A DNA stretch of 64,000 nt from Candidatus Spongiisociaceae bacterium (GCA_965262915.1 OZ253564.1:224001-288000), one strand, 5' to 3'; counted from the first letter of the stretch, positions 13,617 through 28,157 are shown. Numbers and translations are program-made. The notes: generated from the sequence alone by a model not told the origin.

Positions 13617-14450
13617 TCAGCGGGAGTAGGCACCTGCTCCGTGGGCGCGTCCGGGGGGCTCGCGGCCCAGCAGGTCCATCATCCTTCCACCGGTGCCGGT
13701 CATCCAATCGAACAGGATCTTGACGTCGCTGCCGATGCAGAAGTGCTTAACGCCCAGATCCAGGTACCGCTCGGCCCCCTCCCGGCCCCCCAGCTCGGCG
13801 CGGGGTGCTATACCCATCCGCAGGGCGGTCTCAATGACGTGCTCCTCGGCCTCCCTGACGCGAGGGTGGTCGACCTGCCCCGCCAGGCCGATGCTCATCG
13901 AATAGTCGGAGGGACCGAACTGGACCATGTCAACCCCCTCGACCGAGAGCAGCGCCTCCAGGTTCTCCACCGCGTCGTCCTTCTCGATCATCAGCGCCAC
14001 GACCGCCCGGTCGAGAGCTTCCACGAACGCCGGGGTGCCGACCTCGAGGACCAGACCTACGTCCCGGCGCATCCCGACACCGTGACGGCCGCCCGATCCC
14101 GGGGCCTCGGCCCGCACCGCGCTCACGCACTCCTCCACCTCTTCAACGGTTCTGGGATCCGAGAAGAGCAGGTTCTGGATCCCAGACCCGAGAGCCCTGA
14201 CTGCCAGGTAGGTGCGCGGTTCCTGTTCGATCTTCATCATCGACGACATGTGGTCGAATAGCTCGACAGCCCGGCCCAGGTTCTCCAGCGCGTAGAGGTC
14301 GTACGGTCCGTACTCCGCAACGAACTCCACATAGTCGAACATGCCGGAGTGCCCCACCAACTCCACGATCGACGGCCATGAACTCAGCAGGTGGGTTCCC
14401 AGGCTGGGCTGGTCCCCGTCGAGCAACTCCCGCAGTCGGTTCCGGCGCAT
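13617..14450 (-). CDS. HpcH/HpaI-family aldolase
   Basis: FDYVEFVAEY, LMIEKDDAVENLEALLSVEGVDMVQFGPSDYSMSIG motifs. Confidence 0.88.
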   Translation of the reverse strand: MRRNRLRELLDGDQPSLGTHLLSSWPSIVELVGHSGMFDYVEFVAEYGPYDLYALENLGRAVELFDHMSSMMKIEQEPRTYLAVRALGSGIQNLLFSDPRTVEEVEECVSAVRAEAPGSGGRHGVGMRRDVGLVLEVGTPAFVEALDRAVVALMIEKDDAVENLEALLSVEGVDMVQFGPSDYSMSIGLAGQVDHPRVREAEEHVIETALRMGIAPRAELGGREGAERYLDLGVKHFCIGSDVKILFDWMTGTGGRMMDLLGREPPGRAHGAGAYSR

Positions 14451-14504
14451 TCGACAATCCTCCTCGGGAAGGCACAGGGTCACGCTCCGGCCGGCGCGAC
14501 CCCC

Positions 14505-14594
<90 letters not shown>

Positions 14595-14800
14595 CGTGAT
14601 CCGCACCAGCCTAGCCCGAGTGCCCTCCTGTGGACGCTGCGGGGATGTCCTCGCGTCCGTCCTCCGGCCGCGGAGGGAGTGACCGCCGTTTGTTGGTCTC
14701 ACATGGTTTCTCAACATCCCAGGTCTCTTTTGAACACCCTGGTTATAGGGTATTTCTTGCTTCTTGCGGTCTCAGACCGTATCGTTTAATCCCACCGATA

Positions 14801-14824
14801 AAGTGATAACCCTAGGTGATAACC
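14801..14824 (+). repeat. Putative integrase arm-type sites (A(A/G)GTGATAACC x2)
   Basis: Copies at 14801-14811 and 14814-14824; same motif at 55624-55634 and inverted at 62590-62600. Confidence 0.65.
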
Positions 14825-14844
14825 AAAACGGGGAGGGGAGGCAG

Positions 14845-16032
14845 GTGAAACGTCCACGAATCCTATCAGCCGCGTTCGTGCGCACCGTCACCCAACCGGG
14901 ACGTTACGGCGACGGGCGGGGCGGGTACGGTCTCAGCCTGTTAGTCAAGCCAACCGCGAACGGGCGGCTTTCCAAGACGTGGAGCCAGCGGGTCCGTTTC
15001 CACGGGCGGGTCACCAACATCGGCCTAGGCGCCTATCCGATTGTCACTTTGGCCGAAGCCCGAAAAAAAGCGGTCGCGAACCGGCGGACGATCGAAGCGG
15101 GCCTCGACCCCCGCGGTAGCCGTGTACCCAGCTTCGAGGAGGCCACCGAAAAGGTTATCGCTATTCACGCGGCCGGGTGGAAACCGGGCGGCAAATCAGA
15201 AGCCCAGTGGCGGTCGTCGCTCATCACTTACGCGTATCCGCGTCTGGGACGCCGACCGGTGGATCGGATCACCACCGCGGATGTGATGGCTTGTCTGCTC
15301 CCGATCTGGCACACCCGCCCCGAGACAGCGCGGCGGGTACGACAGCGCATCGGAGCCGTCATGCGCTGGGCCATCGCGCAGGGATACCGGACGGACAACC
15401 CAGCCGGGGACGCGATCGGTGCCGCGCTTCCCTCCAACATGGGAAGACGTCGACACCACCCGGCGCTGCCCCACACCGACGTGGCGGCGAGTATCGCTAC
15501 CGTCCGGGCCTCCGCCGCGTATCCGACCACCGTCTTGGCGTTCGAGTTCCTAGTCCTCACAGCTTGCCGCTCCGGTGAGATACGGGGTGCACGATGGGAC
15601 GAGATCAAATCGGGCGAAGCCACCTGGACGATCCCCGCCTCCCGGATGAAAACCGCCCGCCAACACCGCGTACCCCTCCCCTCCCGCGCTCTCGAACTGT
15701 TGGCCGAAGCCGACCGGTTCCGGGACCGCAGCGGGCTGGTGTTCCCATCAGCCACCGGACGGGAACTATCCGACGCGACACTGTCCAAACTAATGCGAGA
15801 ACACAACATTCCCGCAGTACCCCACGGCTACCGGTCCAGCTTCCGGGACTGGGCAGCGGAGCTAACCGACACACCCCGCCAAATCTGCGAACTCGCACTC
15901 GCCCACGTCAACAACGATCGGGTCGAAGCCGCCTACCAGCGAAGCGACCTCTTCGACCGACGCCGCCAACTCATGCAAGACTGGGCCGACTACCTACACA
16001 ACCAGACTCCTGCTCTGCCAAACCCGGACTAG
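14845..16032 (+). CDS. P4-like tyrosine recombinase/integrase with N-terminal arm-binding domain
   Basis: GRYGDGRGGYGLSLLV..GLGAYP.VTLAEAR; catalytic R (ACRSGE), K (RMK), HGYR, LAH, Y (AAYQR). Confidence 0.95.
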   Translation: MKRPRILSAAFVRTVTQPGRYGDGRGGYGLSLLVKPTANGRLSKTWSQRVRFHGRVTNIGLGAYPIVTLAEARKKAVANRRTIEAGLDPRGSRVPSFEEATEKVIAIHAAGWKPGGKSEAQWRSSLITYAYPRLGRRPVDRITTADVMACLLPIWHTRPETARRVRQRIGAVMRWAIAQGYRTDNPAGDAIGAALPSNMGRRRHHPALPHTDVAASIATVRASAAYPTTVLAFEFLVLTACRSGEIRGARWDEIKSGEATWTIPASRMKTARQHRVPLPSRALELLAEADRFRDRSGLVFPSATGRELSDATLSKLMREHNIPAVPHGYRSSFRDWAAELTDTPRQICELALAHVNNDRVEAAYQRSDLFDRRRQLMQDWADYLHNQTPALPNPD

Positions 16033-16855
16033 GGCCCAGACCCCGACCAGCCGCCACAACCCGCCTCGTCTACGACCGCTCGGCAGACAGCAACTTGCTG
16101 AGGACCCTACGACGTATGCAGCCACGCTCTCCGAAGCGTTGCGGCGATGTGCCTGGTGGACCTTACGGAGGCGACCGTTGAAGAGCCTCACGCTTGCAAG
16201 CACCGATGGCAGCGGGCGGAGAACGATGAGCTGGGGATACAAGCCGAAAGAACACCTACCGGTGGGGAATCCCCCCGAACATCACGTAGAGGCCTTATCG
16301 GATGAACGGCTGACTCCGGACCGGCTCCGGGGTCTTGTCCGTTGCCCTCAGCCGGGAGATGGTCTGGGCCTGTGGTGTGTTGCTCGCGTCCAGCAGCCCG
16401 GTGGCGGGCCGAGAAGGTGAGCCCGATTCGCACGGTGCCCACTCCGGGTCGTGATGCCGACGAGATTGGCCTCTTCAGCCCGGCTGAGCACCGAAGCTTA
16501 GCTGCCCTCAAGGTGCTGGTGTCGACCAGATCAGGGTGACCAACACAGGAGACTGACACCGAGGGAGGCCAGTATCCGCGCAGCGTGACGGCGATCAGGG
16601 GCACTCGCGAGGGTGGCGCCTGAGGGCGGCCTGCGGCGGGTCCCACCCTTTCGAGAGGTGGCTGGTCTGCTCTCCCATGGCTCGACGTGAGACACGCGCT
16701 AATGCGCCAGATTCTCGGCGTTGATGTCCTCGTCCTCATCAGCTGTCGCCGACCGGTGGAGCGGGAGTCGCGCATGTAGCCCGATCTGAGATGGTGGGGC
16801 GGTCTAGCCCGGTTTCAGTTCCTCGGCGAACCTCTCCTTGAGCCCCCGCTTTAGG

Positions 16856-18288
16856 GGCTCTTCGGAAATGAGTGGGGAGTAGGGGATCTGCGGGGGGAGT
16901 GGTAATCCACTAGAAGTGATGGGGGGTCCTCCATAATCGGGTGTTGATAAGCGACATCCGAGGCAGGAGGACCCCTGTGGAAGCTGATCCTACGCGCATG
17001 TGCGAGAAGTTGGTAGGCCTAGGTGAGGTTGATCTGGTGGGGATCAACGACCCGGGCGAGGAGGCACCTTTGGAGGTGGTGATCGGGTCCCGCAAGGCCC
17101 GCCCGTTGTGTGTGGCATGTGGCGGGTCGGTGTGGTCGAAGGGCTATCGGACGGTAGTTTTGGTGGATTTACCGGCGTTCGGTCGGCCTGTGCGGCTGCG
17201 GTGGCGGAAACGGCGCTGGACGTGCCCGAACACCGACTGTGCGCTCAGGTCGTTCATCGAACAAGACCCCAAGATTGGTCCCCAACGGGCGTTGTTGACA
17301 TCGCGAGCGGCGAGGTGGGTGACCATCCAGGTCGGTCGGCGGGGCCGTCCGATCCAAGAGGTCGCCGCCGAGTTGGGTTGTGATTGGCATACGGTGAACA
17401 AAGAGGTTGGCCGCTGGGGCGAAGCGCTGCTGGAAGCAGACACCGATCGGATAGGCGAGGTCGGAGCTGTGGGCATCGACGAGACGTTGTTCTGGCGTCA
17501 GGGACAGTGGCGCACCAAAGTCTGGTGCACCTCTGTCGTCGACGTTGGCGGCCACCAGCTGATCGACATAGTCCCTGGTAGAACAGCAGAAAGCGCCGCA
17601 GCCTGGTTCCGATCCCAACCCCCCGAGTGGCTCGACGGGATCCGCTGGGCGGTGCTGGACATGTCCGGTCCTTACCGGAAGGCGTATAACCGGGTGTTAC
17701 CGAACGCTCTCCAAGTAGCAGACCCCTTCCACGTCATACGCCTCGCCAACCAGCGACTCGACGAAGTACGACGAAGAGTCCAAAACGAAACCCTGGGACA
17801 CAGAGGCCGCAAGGACGACCCGCTGTATCGGATACGGCGGCTCCTCACCGCTGCGCATGAGAGGATCAGCGACCGCGGCCAGGTCCGCTTGCGTGGTCTC
17901 CTCGATGCCGGTGACCCCTACGGGGAGGTACGCACAGCCTGGCACGCGAAGGAAACGGTCCGGGGCATCTACGGGATCGACACTCCGGTCCTTGCTCTCC
18001 GATACACCCTCCAGCTCGCAGACGACCTCCAGCACGAATCCTGCCCACCCGAGATCAACAAGCTCGGACGTACCATCGCCCGCTGGACCCCCCAGATCAC
18101 CAACTGGCACATCTCGAAGGTAACCAACGGACCCACCGAAGCCCTCAACAACCTCATAAAGCGGATCAAACGCATCGCGTTCGGGTTCCGCAACTTCGCG
18201 AACTACCGAATCCGCGCCCTTCTCTACGCCGGGAAACCCAACTGGGACCTCCTCGCCACCGTCACTCCCCACTGAAATCCGAAGAGCC
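16856..18288 (+). mobile_element. ISL3-family insertion sequence, complete
   Basis: IRs GGCTCTTCGGA..GTGGGGAGT at both ends; 8-bp TSD GCTTTAGG (16848-16855 and 18289-18296). Confidence 0.95.
16977..18275 (+). CDS. ISL3 transposase
   Basis: Zn finger CxxC..WTCPxxxC, GIDE, DMSGPY, DPFHV, TNGPTEALN..KRIAFGFRNF. Confidence 0.95.
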   Translation: MEADPTRMCEKLVGLGEVDLVGINDPGEEAPLEVVIGSRKARPLCVACGGSVWSKGYRTVVLVDLPAFGRPVRLRWRKRRWTCPNTDCALRSFIEQDPKIGPQRALLTSRAARWVTIQVGRRGRPIQEVAAELGCDWHTVNKEVGRWGEALLEADTDRIGEVGAVGIDETLFWRQGQWRTKVWCTSVVDVGGHQLIDIVPGRTAESAAAWFRSQPPEWLDGIRWAVLDMSGPYRKAYNRVLPNALQVADPFHVIRLANQRLDEVRRRVQNETLGHRGRKDDPLYRIRRLLTAAHERISDRGQVRLRGLLDAGDPYGEVRTAWHAKETVRGIYGIDTPVLALRYTLQLADDLQHESCPPEINKLGRTIARWTPQITNWHISKVTNGPTEALNNLIKRIKRIAFGFRNFANYRIRALLYAGKPNWDLLATVTPH

Positions 18289-18375
18289 GCTTTAGGCGGT
18301 CCGGCATCACGAAACACAACCCATCTGGACAATCCCGTCGGAGAGCGGCTCTGGCGGTACAGAGCGAGCGACAAG

Positions 18376-19207
18376 GTGAATCCGTCGCCCGTGGTGTCCG
18401 GCGGCGCGGTGTACGCCAGGTCTTTCGGCGGTGCTGTGCACGCTATGGATGCCGCCTCGGGAACGCCGCTTTGGGAACGCAACCCGGGAGGGCACTATCT
18501 CCTCTCGTCGCTCGTCCTGTCGGATAGCGCGGTGCATGTCGAGTCGTTTGACGATCGAAGCGTCTATGGGCTGGACACCGTCACCGGAGCGCTTCTCTGG
18601 CGATACCGGACGAGGGGAGAACCCCACTCACCCGCGTCGTTCGAGGGCGTCGTGTACGCGCAATCGAGCGACGGCGCCAGCGACTACGTGGCAGCCCTCG
18701 ACGCGGCCAACGGACAGGTGCTCTGGGAATACCGAACCGGCACCACCGGGGACGGCGGCACCGCGGATCATCCACCCGTGGTGTCCGGCGGCGCCGTGTA
18801 CGTGGTCACCGGCGGGTACCTGGACGCGGTGGACACCGTCGGCGGGGAACTGCGCTGGAGATACGAGCCGGGTCTGCCCGGCGTCTATCTGCCCATGGCG
18901 TCGGGCGGGGTCGTCTACGTCCGCTCGGAAGGCTACGAGGGTGGCTACCTCGATGCGTTGGATGCTTCGACCGGAGCCCGGAAGTGGCGATACGAGGGCA
19001 CGTGGTCGTGTACGTCCGCAGTGTTTCGGTGGCCGGGTGTACGTGGGCGGATTCGGAGGCGAAGTGCACGCAGTGGATGTGGCGACGGGCGGGCTGCACC
19101 AGCGATACACCACGGGTAGCGGTTACGTATCCTCGATCACCGTGTCCGGCAGCATCGTCTACGTGGGATCGAGTTCGGGGGTGCACAGCATCAAGCCCGA
19201 CTCTTGA
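18376..19207 (+). pseudogene. PQQ-binding-like beta-propeller repeat protein, frameshifted near 19020 and probably 5'-truncated
   Basis: Repeated (A/G)xDAxxG..W.Y motifs continuing across two frames. Confidence 0.75.
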
Positions 19208-19719
19208 CGGCGATGTCAACACCCACCGCCGACTCATCCCGGGCAGACAGTCGGATCTAGGCTGTGCCCGGATCAGATGACTAGTGCCTAGCCCCAATCC
19301 TTTAGGCTTGGAGGGCTACGCCGCCAAATAACAGTGCAGCAAGGACCTCCGACCTGGGATTATGAGTGTTGACGAGCCCCGGGTGTCCCATAACAGGCGT
19401 TTCGCCCGCAGGGTGATACGGCGAATACCAGCCTTTCACGGCTCCTACCTGGCCGGTCGTAGGCTCTTGGCCCGTGTGTCTGAAGAACCACGGCTAGTCG
19501 GTAATCGGCGATCGGTGGTTAGCGTAAGATCGGGTCGTTTTCCGGCCTCGCAAGCGCCGTCCGAGTTTCACGGCGCGCCGAGGGGTGCCTTCAAAAACTG
19601 AAGATAGTGGACCCGCGGCAAGAGAGACAGACGGATTCGAGTCACAGCTGTGGTGCGCAGTCGTTGTGTACCGATGGTTCAGTGTGATCGCTCCAGTCGG
19701 ACGGCTTGGAACTAATCAT

Positions 19720-20298
19720 CTAGGCTCCGGGCGCCCTCCGAGCAATCGTCGTGCCCATCACCTTATCGTGCAGCGCCTGGTTGTTCTCGTCCCACAACGC
19801 CCACAGATGATCGAGCAGCCACACGATCAGAAGAACGAACGACAGCCCGGCAGGGACTCCGGCATCACCCATGACGAGGCCGGAGAGGAAGTTCACCCAG
19901 AAAACGAACCCCTTGACGAGGAACTGCCTGACGAACATGCGGCCCCAACCGGTCGTCTCGCCGGTGGCAACGTCAACCGCCCGAATGCCGACAATCTGCT
20001 TACCCGGAGTCTGCCCGTTCCTGAGGGCGAAAAGCCACCATATCAAATAGGCCAAGACCAGAACCATGCCGATCAGCAGCAGCCCGATCGCGACCTCCAC
20101 CCAATCGGCCGCCTCATCCGCGAACGCGAAGAACAATGTGGAAAGAATCGCTACGCCGGCACTAAAGATCAAAAACGTGCCGCCTATCATGATCATCACC
20201 CAGTCCAGAACGAGCGCACCCAGGCGCGTCCCGATGCTGGCCAACTCGTATCGAGGCCCTTCCATCACGTCCTCCCCATCAATCCCGCGCAATGACAT
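19720..20298 (-). CDS. RDD-family membrane protein
   Basis: ASIGTRLGALVLD, GQTPGKQIVGIR, QALHDKVMGT. Confidence 0.9.
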   Translation of the reverse strand: MSLRGIDGEDVMEGPRYELASIGTRLGALVLDWVMIMIGGTFLIFSAGVAILSTLFFAFADEAADWVEVAIGLLLIGMVLVLAYLIWWLFALRNGQTPGKQIVGIRAVDVATGETTGWGRMFVRQFLVKGFVFWVNFLSGLVMGDAGVPAGLSFVLLIVWLLDHLWALWDENNQALHDKVMGTTIARRAPGA

Positions 20299-20717
20299 AC
20301 GGGGGCTTCCACCAGCGACCGATCACCCGGTGGGTCGTGATCTACTCGTGAACATGCCTTGTCCCTAGCTGAGGCTATAGGTGAACCGTACCGGGTTTCC
20401 CGGAGAGTGTTTTACTTGAGTCCAGCTAGCTGGACTCGGTTCTGCTCACGATGGTAGTTGGCCTCCTTTTCTGCTGGTGGGATGTCTCCGATGGGTTCGA
20501 GGAGTCGGCGGTGGTTGAACCAGTCGACGTATTCGAGGGTGGCGTACTCGACTTGGTCGAGGTCCTTCCAGGGAGCGCGTTTGTGGATGAGTTCTGTCTT
20601 GTATAGGCCGATGACGGATTCGGCGAGGGCGTTGTCGTAGGAATCCCCAACCGAGCCGACTGAGGGTTCGATGCCGGCTTCGGTGAGCCGGTTCGTGTAG
20701 CGAATGGACAGATATTG

Positions 20718-23109
<2,392 letters not shown>

Positions 23110-23292
23110 GACTCCATTATCTCCCAACTAATCGAGTCTCCGGGAAACCCGGTGCGGTTCAAGGAGACCATGGGTGTGAGAGGCTGTGACTTATTGGTGA
23201 CCACAGTGGTGAATTGCCGGTTACAGCCGGTGCTGTGAGGCTGGGTAGCGGGATACACTAACCGCAGAATCCCACCGAGAGCGACGCTCAGC

Positions 23293-23517
23293 CTTGAACC
23301 GAGCAGAGAAACCGGACGCGAATCCACAACGTCAGCCGCTGGGAGATCGCCTCTCCCGCATGAGCCCAGGCCAGCATCCGCATCACCGAGACCCTGGACC
23401 TGAACACCGTGCTGCAGGGAGTGGTAGACGGGGCCTGTTCCCTGACCGGCGCCCGGCGCGGCGGTCTCACCGTCCTCGACGACGGAGGACAGGCGCCAAT
23501 CTTCATCCAGCATCGGT
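23293..23517 (+). pseudogene. Fragment of a GAF-domain sensor protein
   Basis: ASIRITETLDLNTVLQGVVDGACSLTGARRGGLTVLD with upstream in-frame stop. Confidence 0.55.
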
Positions 23518-24766
23518 GTGGTTCAGAAGAACTTGACGGTGGGCGTCTACCTGTCTGCTCGGATTGTGACGGTCACGAATCTTGGATCGTTCGGGATCAG
23601 CCTCGACGAGTACGTGTTGTCTTGGACTGACGATACCGATTCGGGCAGTTATGAACATCCGATAGAAGACGTCACGGTGGCGGCCGGGTCGTCTCATGTG
23701 TTCGGTGTCGACAAGCCGCTTTCGGCTTCGGTGACGTTGAACAACCGGTACGCTCTGCAAGTAGCCTCCAGGGCAACCCGGTTACTCACGTTCCCGGCGG
23801 CTGCGGGCTGCCGGTGTCGTCGGGCGGGGGTCCCGGGCGCCTCGGTGAGTTGCCCTATCCGGAACACCCCACCATCACCGACAGCAACCGTCAGAGAAGG
23901 TCAACCGCGCCTGGTAGCAGTTCAACCCTGTAGCCCGATCAGATCCCGACGCCCGGCACTTGACGCGGGGTGGTTCTGCTCTCGGGGCGGTCAGAGGCGG
24001 GGGTACGATCCCGGTTGTCGCGGTCGGGTCCACGATGGTTGGCGTCGTCGCTCTCGAAGTGGAGACACCCGGCCCCCACCGACCTGCTGGCGCATACCTG
24101 GTCGTCGGCTGTGGTGGGCTTCCGACGACGACCTGGTGGCGGCGGACACTGCGGGCTGTGAATGGCGGGTGACCGAGATCGTCTCGTCGGGGCATCCGCT
24201 GTTGGTCTGGTACGACAACGACATGGGCGTGTGATCCGCAACGTCGCCCTGGGGCTGCGCACCGCAGTGGCTCGCTGTGTCGCCGACGCAGCGGGCCCAA
24301 GTCGAGGCGGCCGACAGGCGGCTGCTGAAACGGGTCGGGCTGGACGCTGCCGAGCACGACAAGTGGCTGGGCGGTTGGTGTGAGGTGGGGGACACGCCGG
24401 AGTCGAACTGTGTGTGGGGCATCCGCTCCCCGGTGTGTGGCAGTGGTCTCTGACGATCGGCTGGCGGAGTCCGGTTGGGTACCGGCAGCGGGACTTGACG
24501 GTTGCTTTGGGGATTACCCGGTTTTGGCGGTTCTCCGACGGGTTGGACAGACCGTAGCGGGTTCCGGGTGGCGGGCCGGGAAGGCGAGCACCTCGGGTGG
24601 CCACACCAGCCGCTCGTCGGCGGTGCTGGGCCGGTGGCTCACTCGGTAGGTGGCAGTGTGGTCGTAGTGGCCGCGGTCGTAAACATTGGGGAATTATATA
24701 TTTAGCTTGACGAACCCGGCGAATGCTGCTTAGATACTGGTATACAGCAGATGAGGATAGAACACA

Positions 24767-25780
24767 ATGACAGCTAAGGCCACTACCAGGGCACCGGGCC
24801 GGTCAGACCGCGAAGGCCTTTCGGTTATCGAACTGTTCGACATGTTCCCCACCGAGCAGGCCGCGGTGGAATGGTTCGAGAACATCCGCTGGCCCAACGG
24901 TGTGGACTGCTGCCCGCGCTGCGGTGAGATCGGCAACGTCTCCCCCGTAGCCTCCGGCAAGCCCATGCCTTACCGCTGCGCCGCCTGCCGGAAGTACTTC
25001 TCGGTACGCACCGGCACCGTCATGGAATCCTCACGGCTGCCTATCCGCAAATGGGTTGTCGCCCTGTATCTGTGCTCGACGAACCTTAAAGGCGTCTCGT
25101 CGATGAAGCTGCACCGTAACCTGCGGGTGACTCAGAAGACCGCATGGTTCATGCTGGGCCGCATCCGTGAAGCCTGGGCGGACGCCGCGAACGTCGTCTT
25201 GGACGGCACCGTAGAGGTTGATGAGACCTACATCGGCGGTAAGGAGAAGAACAAGCACGCTTGGAAACGTCAGAACGCCGGACGCGGCACCGTCGGCAAG
25301 GCCGCTGTCGTGGGTGCCCGGTCACGGGACCGGAAGGTTACTGCCACCGTCGTTGACGACACCACCCGCAAGACGCTGCACGGGTTCATCCACGATCATG
25401 TAGCCGACGGGTCGAAGGTGTTCACCGACGGAGCCGACGCCTACCGGGGAGTCGGCGAAGGCCACGACCTGGACCACGATGCGGTTCGGCATTCGGTCGG
25501 TGAGTATGTGCGGGGTGAGGTCCACACGAACGGCATGGAATCGTTCTGGTCCATGCTGAAGCGGGGCTACTACGGCACCTATCACAAGATGAGTTTCAAG
25601 CACCTACGCCGGTATGTGGCTGAGTTCGCTGCCCGTCACAACGTGCGGGACTTCGACACGATCGACCAGATGGCGGCGTTGGCTAAGGGCATGGAAGGCA
25701 AACGGCTCAAGTACTCGGATCTGACAGCCGGGGGACAGGTCTGCGGACCGCCACCCGGCACGTTCATCCGCTACGCCTGA
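24767..25780 (+). CDS. IS1595-family transposase
   Basis: RWPNG..CPRCG zinc ribbon, VEVDETYIGG, VFTD, HTNGMESFWSMLKR, YVAEF. Confidence 0.95.
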   Translation: MTAKATTRAPGRSDREGLSVIELFDMFPTEQAAVEWFENIRWPNGVDCCPRCGEIGNVSPVASGKPMPYRCAACRKYFSVRTGTVMESSRLPIRKWVVALYLCSTNLKGVSSMKLHRNLRVTQKTAWFMLGRIREAWADAANVVLDGTVEVDETYIGGKEKNKHAWKRQNAGRGTVGKAAVVGARSRDRKVTATVVDDTTRKTLHGFIHDHVADGSKVFTDGADAYRGVGEGHDLDHDAVRHSVGEYVRGEVHTNGMESFWSMLKRGYYGTYHKMSFKHLRRYVAEFAARHNVRDFDTIDQMAALAKGMEGKRLKYSDLTAGGQVCGPPPGTFIRYA

Positions 25781-26322
25781 TCCAGAGGTTCTTCAGCTTC
25801 TAAGCGGATAAGTTCATCCCGCAGCATTATCACGAGAACAGCACTCACCTGTTCGCGTGCGATACCGTGCTCATAGGCAACAAGGCGAGTTCTCTTGCCC
25901 ATAGGGGTAGCTACGAACTCCTCATCATCGTACACCAGGTACTCGAAACACTTCTCCTCGATAAGATCGGGCGGGTCACCTCTAACGCGCACCCGAAACG
26001 ACTGGACCGTTTCTTGTACCCATTTGTCTGCTTCTAGTTCTTGGGCTACCTCTTCACCGAATTTGGTTAGACTCAGCGGACTGGCTCCCTCGAGAGTCAA
26101 GCCACCTTCGTGACCAAATACCGTGAGGAGGAGCCGCTTGACCTCTCTCCGTAGCCTTGAGATAGAGGTTTTTGTCTCCGTCATGTGAGTGTCCACTCTT
26201 TTGACCCATTTGGGAGTCCACCCCCTGAGTGCAGCGATGCCAGTGGCGGTACCCACCAGCGACCCGACGGTGATAGCGCTGTAGAATATGATCAGAAGCC
26301 AGGTCGGGACTTCAGCCATCAC
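25771..26322 (-). CDS. Hypothetical passenger protein with N-terminal hydrophobic helix and coiled segment
   Basis: 183-aa ORF inside the IS1595 IRs, convergent with the transposase. Confidence 0.7.
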   Translation of the reverse strand: MMAEVPTWLLIIFYSAITVGSLVGTATGIAALRGWTPKWVKRVDTHMTETKTSISRLRREVKRLLLTVFGHEGGLTLEGASPLSLTKFGEEVAQELEADKWVQETVQSFRVRVRGDPPDLIEEKCFEYLVYDDEEFVATPMGKRTRLVAYEHGIAREQVSAVLVIMLRDELIRLEAEEPLDQA

Positions 26323-28157
26323 GACCCCTGACTACGTGTCCGCCTCTGGTCGGCTTGGGCGAAGATGGCCCGCGCTAGGTCCTGGGGGCTACGAGGGGGC
26401 CGCGCCTCTGCCACCCGCCGCTTCGACGATCTCGCAGGCTTGCGAGTATTGCTTCGAGAGTCGGCGAAAGCAGCCATGGCAGGGTCCCTCCTCGGTCGGC
26501 GAATTCGCTGTTCGCGTTAAAACGCCTACAGCGAATTCTAGCAGGTCTGTCAAATTCTTGGCTGGAGAACGCAAGGTCGACCGTCCCAGGTCTCAGCAGG
26601 TTCCCCGATAAGCCCTAGATGTCTCGGGGGTTCTGCTAGAGCAGGTGTCCGCTGTCCGGCAACGGGAACCTTACAGGACTTACAACAGTGTAACTTTACG
26701 ATGCGTTGCGGAGGGTCGGCCCTATCGGTGGCAAGGGCTACAGAAGGCGTGTAGAGTGGGGGTTGACTGGTTGTGCTAGCCGCTACAAAGTCAAACGGGA
26801 CAGGCGACGGAAGCCAAGTGCCGAGCGGTCGTTTCGGGGTTCACCTGGCTATTATCCGTCGCCTTCTCGTATCCTACCCCCTGCTCCTACTCACACGCTT
26901 GTAGTTCCCGAACCCTATCGGCACGAACCGCCCGGCGTCACGCTAAATATATAATTCCCAAACATTGAGGGTCGCCAGATCGCTGTGGAGGTGGTCGGGC
27001 GACCGGAAGGTGGCAGCGTGGTCTCCGAGGCTGCGTACCCGCTTAGCTTGGAAGGTCTTGGCGGTGTCCACGCGTTGTTCCTTTCGCCCCTTGTCCTGTC
27101 AGATACGAACGTTACCCCCGCGCGCAGATTGGTACAAGAGACTGCTGAGAGGCCTCCAGACGCTTGGGAGCGGCGCTTCGGGTGTTCGGGGGGGGTCTGG
27201 GGCCCGGAATTCGCCGTTTTGTGAGGGGGACGGCCCAAACGGGGCCCGAAACCTTGGGGGTGTTATTGGTGGAATCGGTCGGTTGCGGGCCGGGGAGTGG
27301 CGACGGCGCGTCGCGGTGCTCATCCGAGGCAGCCAGGGCACAGCCCGAGACCTTACCCGGACGCGTTGGCAGGTCGGTGCCATCAGATCCGACGACGGAA
27401 GCAACGATTGGCCATACCCTTCCCCGGATCCGGAACGGCCTCCCTACCCATCGACGTGGCCGATCCGGCTAGCCGGGATGACCCCGAGTCGCCGACGCGT
27501 GACGTCGGTAGCATCGGCATACCCTGACGAGATACCGATGACCCAGCCGACCACATCATCGTTGCCTCCTACACCCGCCGGTAGGGTCGTTCGGCGGCGG
27601 GTGCCTCTGACCGTGGCGGACCTACCGCCGCTCATGTCGGTCCCGCCCAGTGTGTTGACACCAGCCCGTACCGCTTCCCGCTGTCGCAGCTCAATTTAGG
27701 ATTGGAACGTTGCGGACGACCGGCCGACACTGATAGCCGAGGCCCCCATCTACAGAGGGCCCTGACTGGCTGTTGCTCCCCGGCGGTCACCGTGGCTGTC
27801 CACGCGCTGGCAGACCGTGGCGGGGTGCCCCTGCCGGGCTGGGTGTTCCGCTATCACTCCCCCCACGACGTGATGCAGTTCCCTTGGAGGTTCGACGGGG
27901 CCTACGCCCGGTGGGTACGTCCGCGGTCGCCGGCCGTGTGCGCCTACCATCGGGTCTGGTTCCACCCCCGGACGCTTGATAAGCGAACCCCCGCCCGGTG
28001 GCTGCCCTGGGACTGAGGTGCCCCCGGACGCTGGCGGTGCCCTGACCGTGGAGGGTTGTGGGGTCTGTTCGCGGCGGTGGATAACGTTGTCGCCCCCGCG
28101 GGTGTCATACGCCGACAACCGCAGATGAACGCAGCTGCGGGCTTATCCACAACCGTC

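Larger units (their letters stand above)
24689..26959 (+). mobile_element. IS1595-family element carrying a passenger gene
   Basis: IRs GGGAATTATATATTTAGC / GCTAAATATATAATTCCC; 8-bp TSD AAACATTG (24681-24688 and 26960-26967). Confidence 0.93.

Noticed and set aside
16033-16850. ORFs downstream of the integrase
   Set aside because: No recognisable motifs in any frame
23518-24680. ORF 23518-24234 and neighbours
   Set aside because: The first ~80 aa look like a surface-protein fragment, the rest is not protein-like; too degraded to call
27535-28016. Possible antitoxin-like gene remnant
   Set aside because: Only weak resemblance (PGWV..PW..SP..C..HRVW) across broken frames
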